The notes under the pieces: generated by a model | Databases searched by the model: none | Seen by the model: the letters and a program-made list of their open reading frames with translations, nothing else | What the model was told of the DNA's origin: nothing | Shown here: piece by piece, positions 35,341-36,588 of the stretch | How the letters are laid out: every line of letters begins with the position of its first letter | How positions within the stretch are numbered: the first letter of the stretch is position 1 | Made by a program: the position numbers and the translations under genes | NCBI RefSeq assembly: GCF_001194135.2 | Contig: NC_068987.1 | Location: forward strand, 105,427,216-105,463,803 | Reading direction: 5' to 3' | DNA: 36,588 nucleotides | Source: Octopus bimaculoides | Lineage: Eukaryota

Positions 35341-36284
35341 AGTAATTATTGATAATTGCTTATATATTAAAGATATTTATATACTTAAATAGATAAATAT
35401 CACTGGTATAATGCAGTTTCTCGGGCTTAATATACTAAAGAAGTATAATATACTAATTAAATATTATAAAAGTTAAATCTAATATAAGTGGTAATATATA
35501 TCTATTTTACTGTAAATTTGATTAAACATATTTCTCTGAAATATTTACTTAAAATCCATATAGTAACCTATTAAACTAAACTTAAGATATAACATTATCT
35601 TAAAGTAATAACAACTTTAGTGTTCTTAGTTATCATATAACTTTCCAATATATAATATCTAATAATATGTAGGCTCTTATGTTTACGTAATAAGCGTTGA
35701 CCGTATATTTACGCAACTATTGATGACGTAACAATGTTAGATGGAATTAAATGGAATTTGATATAATATATTTTATTAATCTTCAGTAGTGTTAAACATA
35801 TGTTCAACTACTTGATATATTTAGCTACCCTCTCCTTCACATTTTATCTATAACGTTCTCTCCCACTCACTCGTTTTATCTATCATTCTCTTTCACTCTA
35901 TAATATCTATATTTTCTTAACTACCGTAGCACCATCAACGAAATATGTATCATATTTACGCGAGCACAAATATGTTGAATATGTTTATATATATATATAT
36001 ATATGGTAATAACGGTTTTCTAAGGAACGCTTGCATTCAAGAAAACACGCACATCTGAATTAGCTTACACGTTGAAATTCTCCTTGAAGAAATACAGAAT
36101 TGATTGGTTTCGAATATGGGAATTTGAATTTTATTTCTGTAATTGAATTGATTGGGTGTGGAAACAGCTGTAGGCAGGGATTTCTCTGCATGTATATGAA
36201 TGCCTTTAAATAATTAACGTCTATACGTCAATTTTTTCCATTTTCTTCATACATATATATATATATATATATAAAGATAATTAT

Positions 36285-36511
36285 CATTAGACTGCAGCCA
36301 TGCTTGACCACTACCTTGAAAAATTTTAGTGGAACGAATCGACCCAAGTACTTGCTTTTTAAAGCACGGTACTTATTGTAGATGTCTCTTTTCCTCGGAA
36401 CTGCTAAGTAACGGTGACGAAAACGCACCAATACCAGTTGTCAGGCTGAGGGACTGAACTCGGAGCCAGGTGACTGGAAAGCAAACTCTTTACTGCTAGC
36501 CATACTTGCGC

Positions 36512-36512
<1 letters not shown>
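36285..36512 (-). mobile_element. SINE family B, divergent, internally deleted
   Basis: The head ggcgcaagtatggctagcag...ggctccgagttcagtccc is joined directly to the 3' half (ctgacaactggtattggtgcg), so the central part and microsatellite are missing. Confidence 0.7.
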
Positions 36513-36560
<48 letters not shown>

Positions 36561-36588
36561 TGTGTGTATGTGAACATATATATATATA

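Larger units (their letters stand above)
1401..36588. repeat. Dispersed simple-sequence repeats, approximate positions: (CCT/CCA/TCA/CAG)n 1401-1770; (TA/TG)n 4769-5190; (ATCT)n 5599-5661, 13219-13296, 15448-15523; (CT)n 5745-5804; (GA)n 6058-6097, 17580-17617; (ACAT)n 6530-6620, 11760-11846; (TG)n 8020-8090; (TCTT)n 10627-10715; (ATT)n 17724-17782; (AAC/CTA/CTG/TTG)n 22687-22856; (CA)n 23563-23630, 33910-33977, 36514-36556
   Basis: Directly visible. Most N-gaps are flanked by such tracts. Confidence 0.97.

Overview
AT-rich eukaryotic draft-assembly DNA with many N-gaps, dense microsatellites and no host protein-coding gene I can support. The repeat families look like those of octopus/cephalopod genomes (inferred from recalled repeat motifs, not a search). 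Most ORFs in the supplied track are microsatellite or N-gap artefacts. The window contains: (i) three tRNA-headed SINE families, here called A, B and C; (ii) DNA-transposon remnants (a mariner derivative with two 5' ends, mariner MITEs, two hAT non-autonomous elements with TIRs and 8-bp TSDs, pogo/Tigger fragments, and a 5' fragment of a Chapaev3-like CMC element with an open zinc-finger ORF); (iii) LINE debris (R4/Dong-like, RTE-like, possibly Jockey/I-like); (iv) Penelope-type repeats carrying two hammerhead-ribozyme motifs, plus a ~520-bp palindrome. The most interesting signals are a near-intact minimal hammerhead at 16953-17014 and three separate SINE-A arrays joined at essentially the same site inside the Pol III box A. 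The arrays suggest a self-targeting SINE/LINE system.
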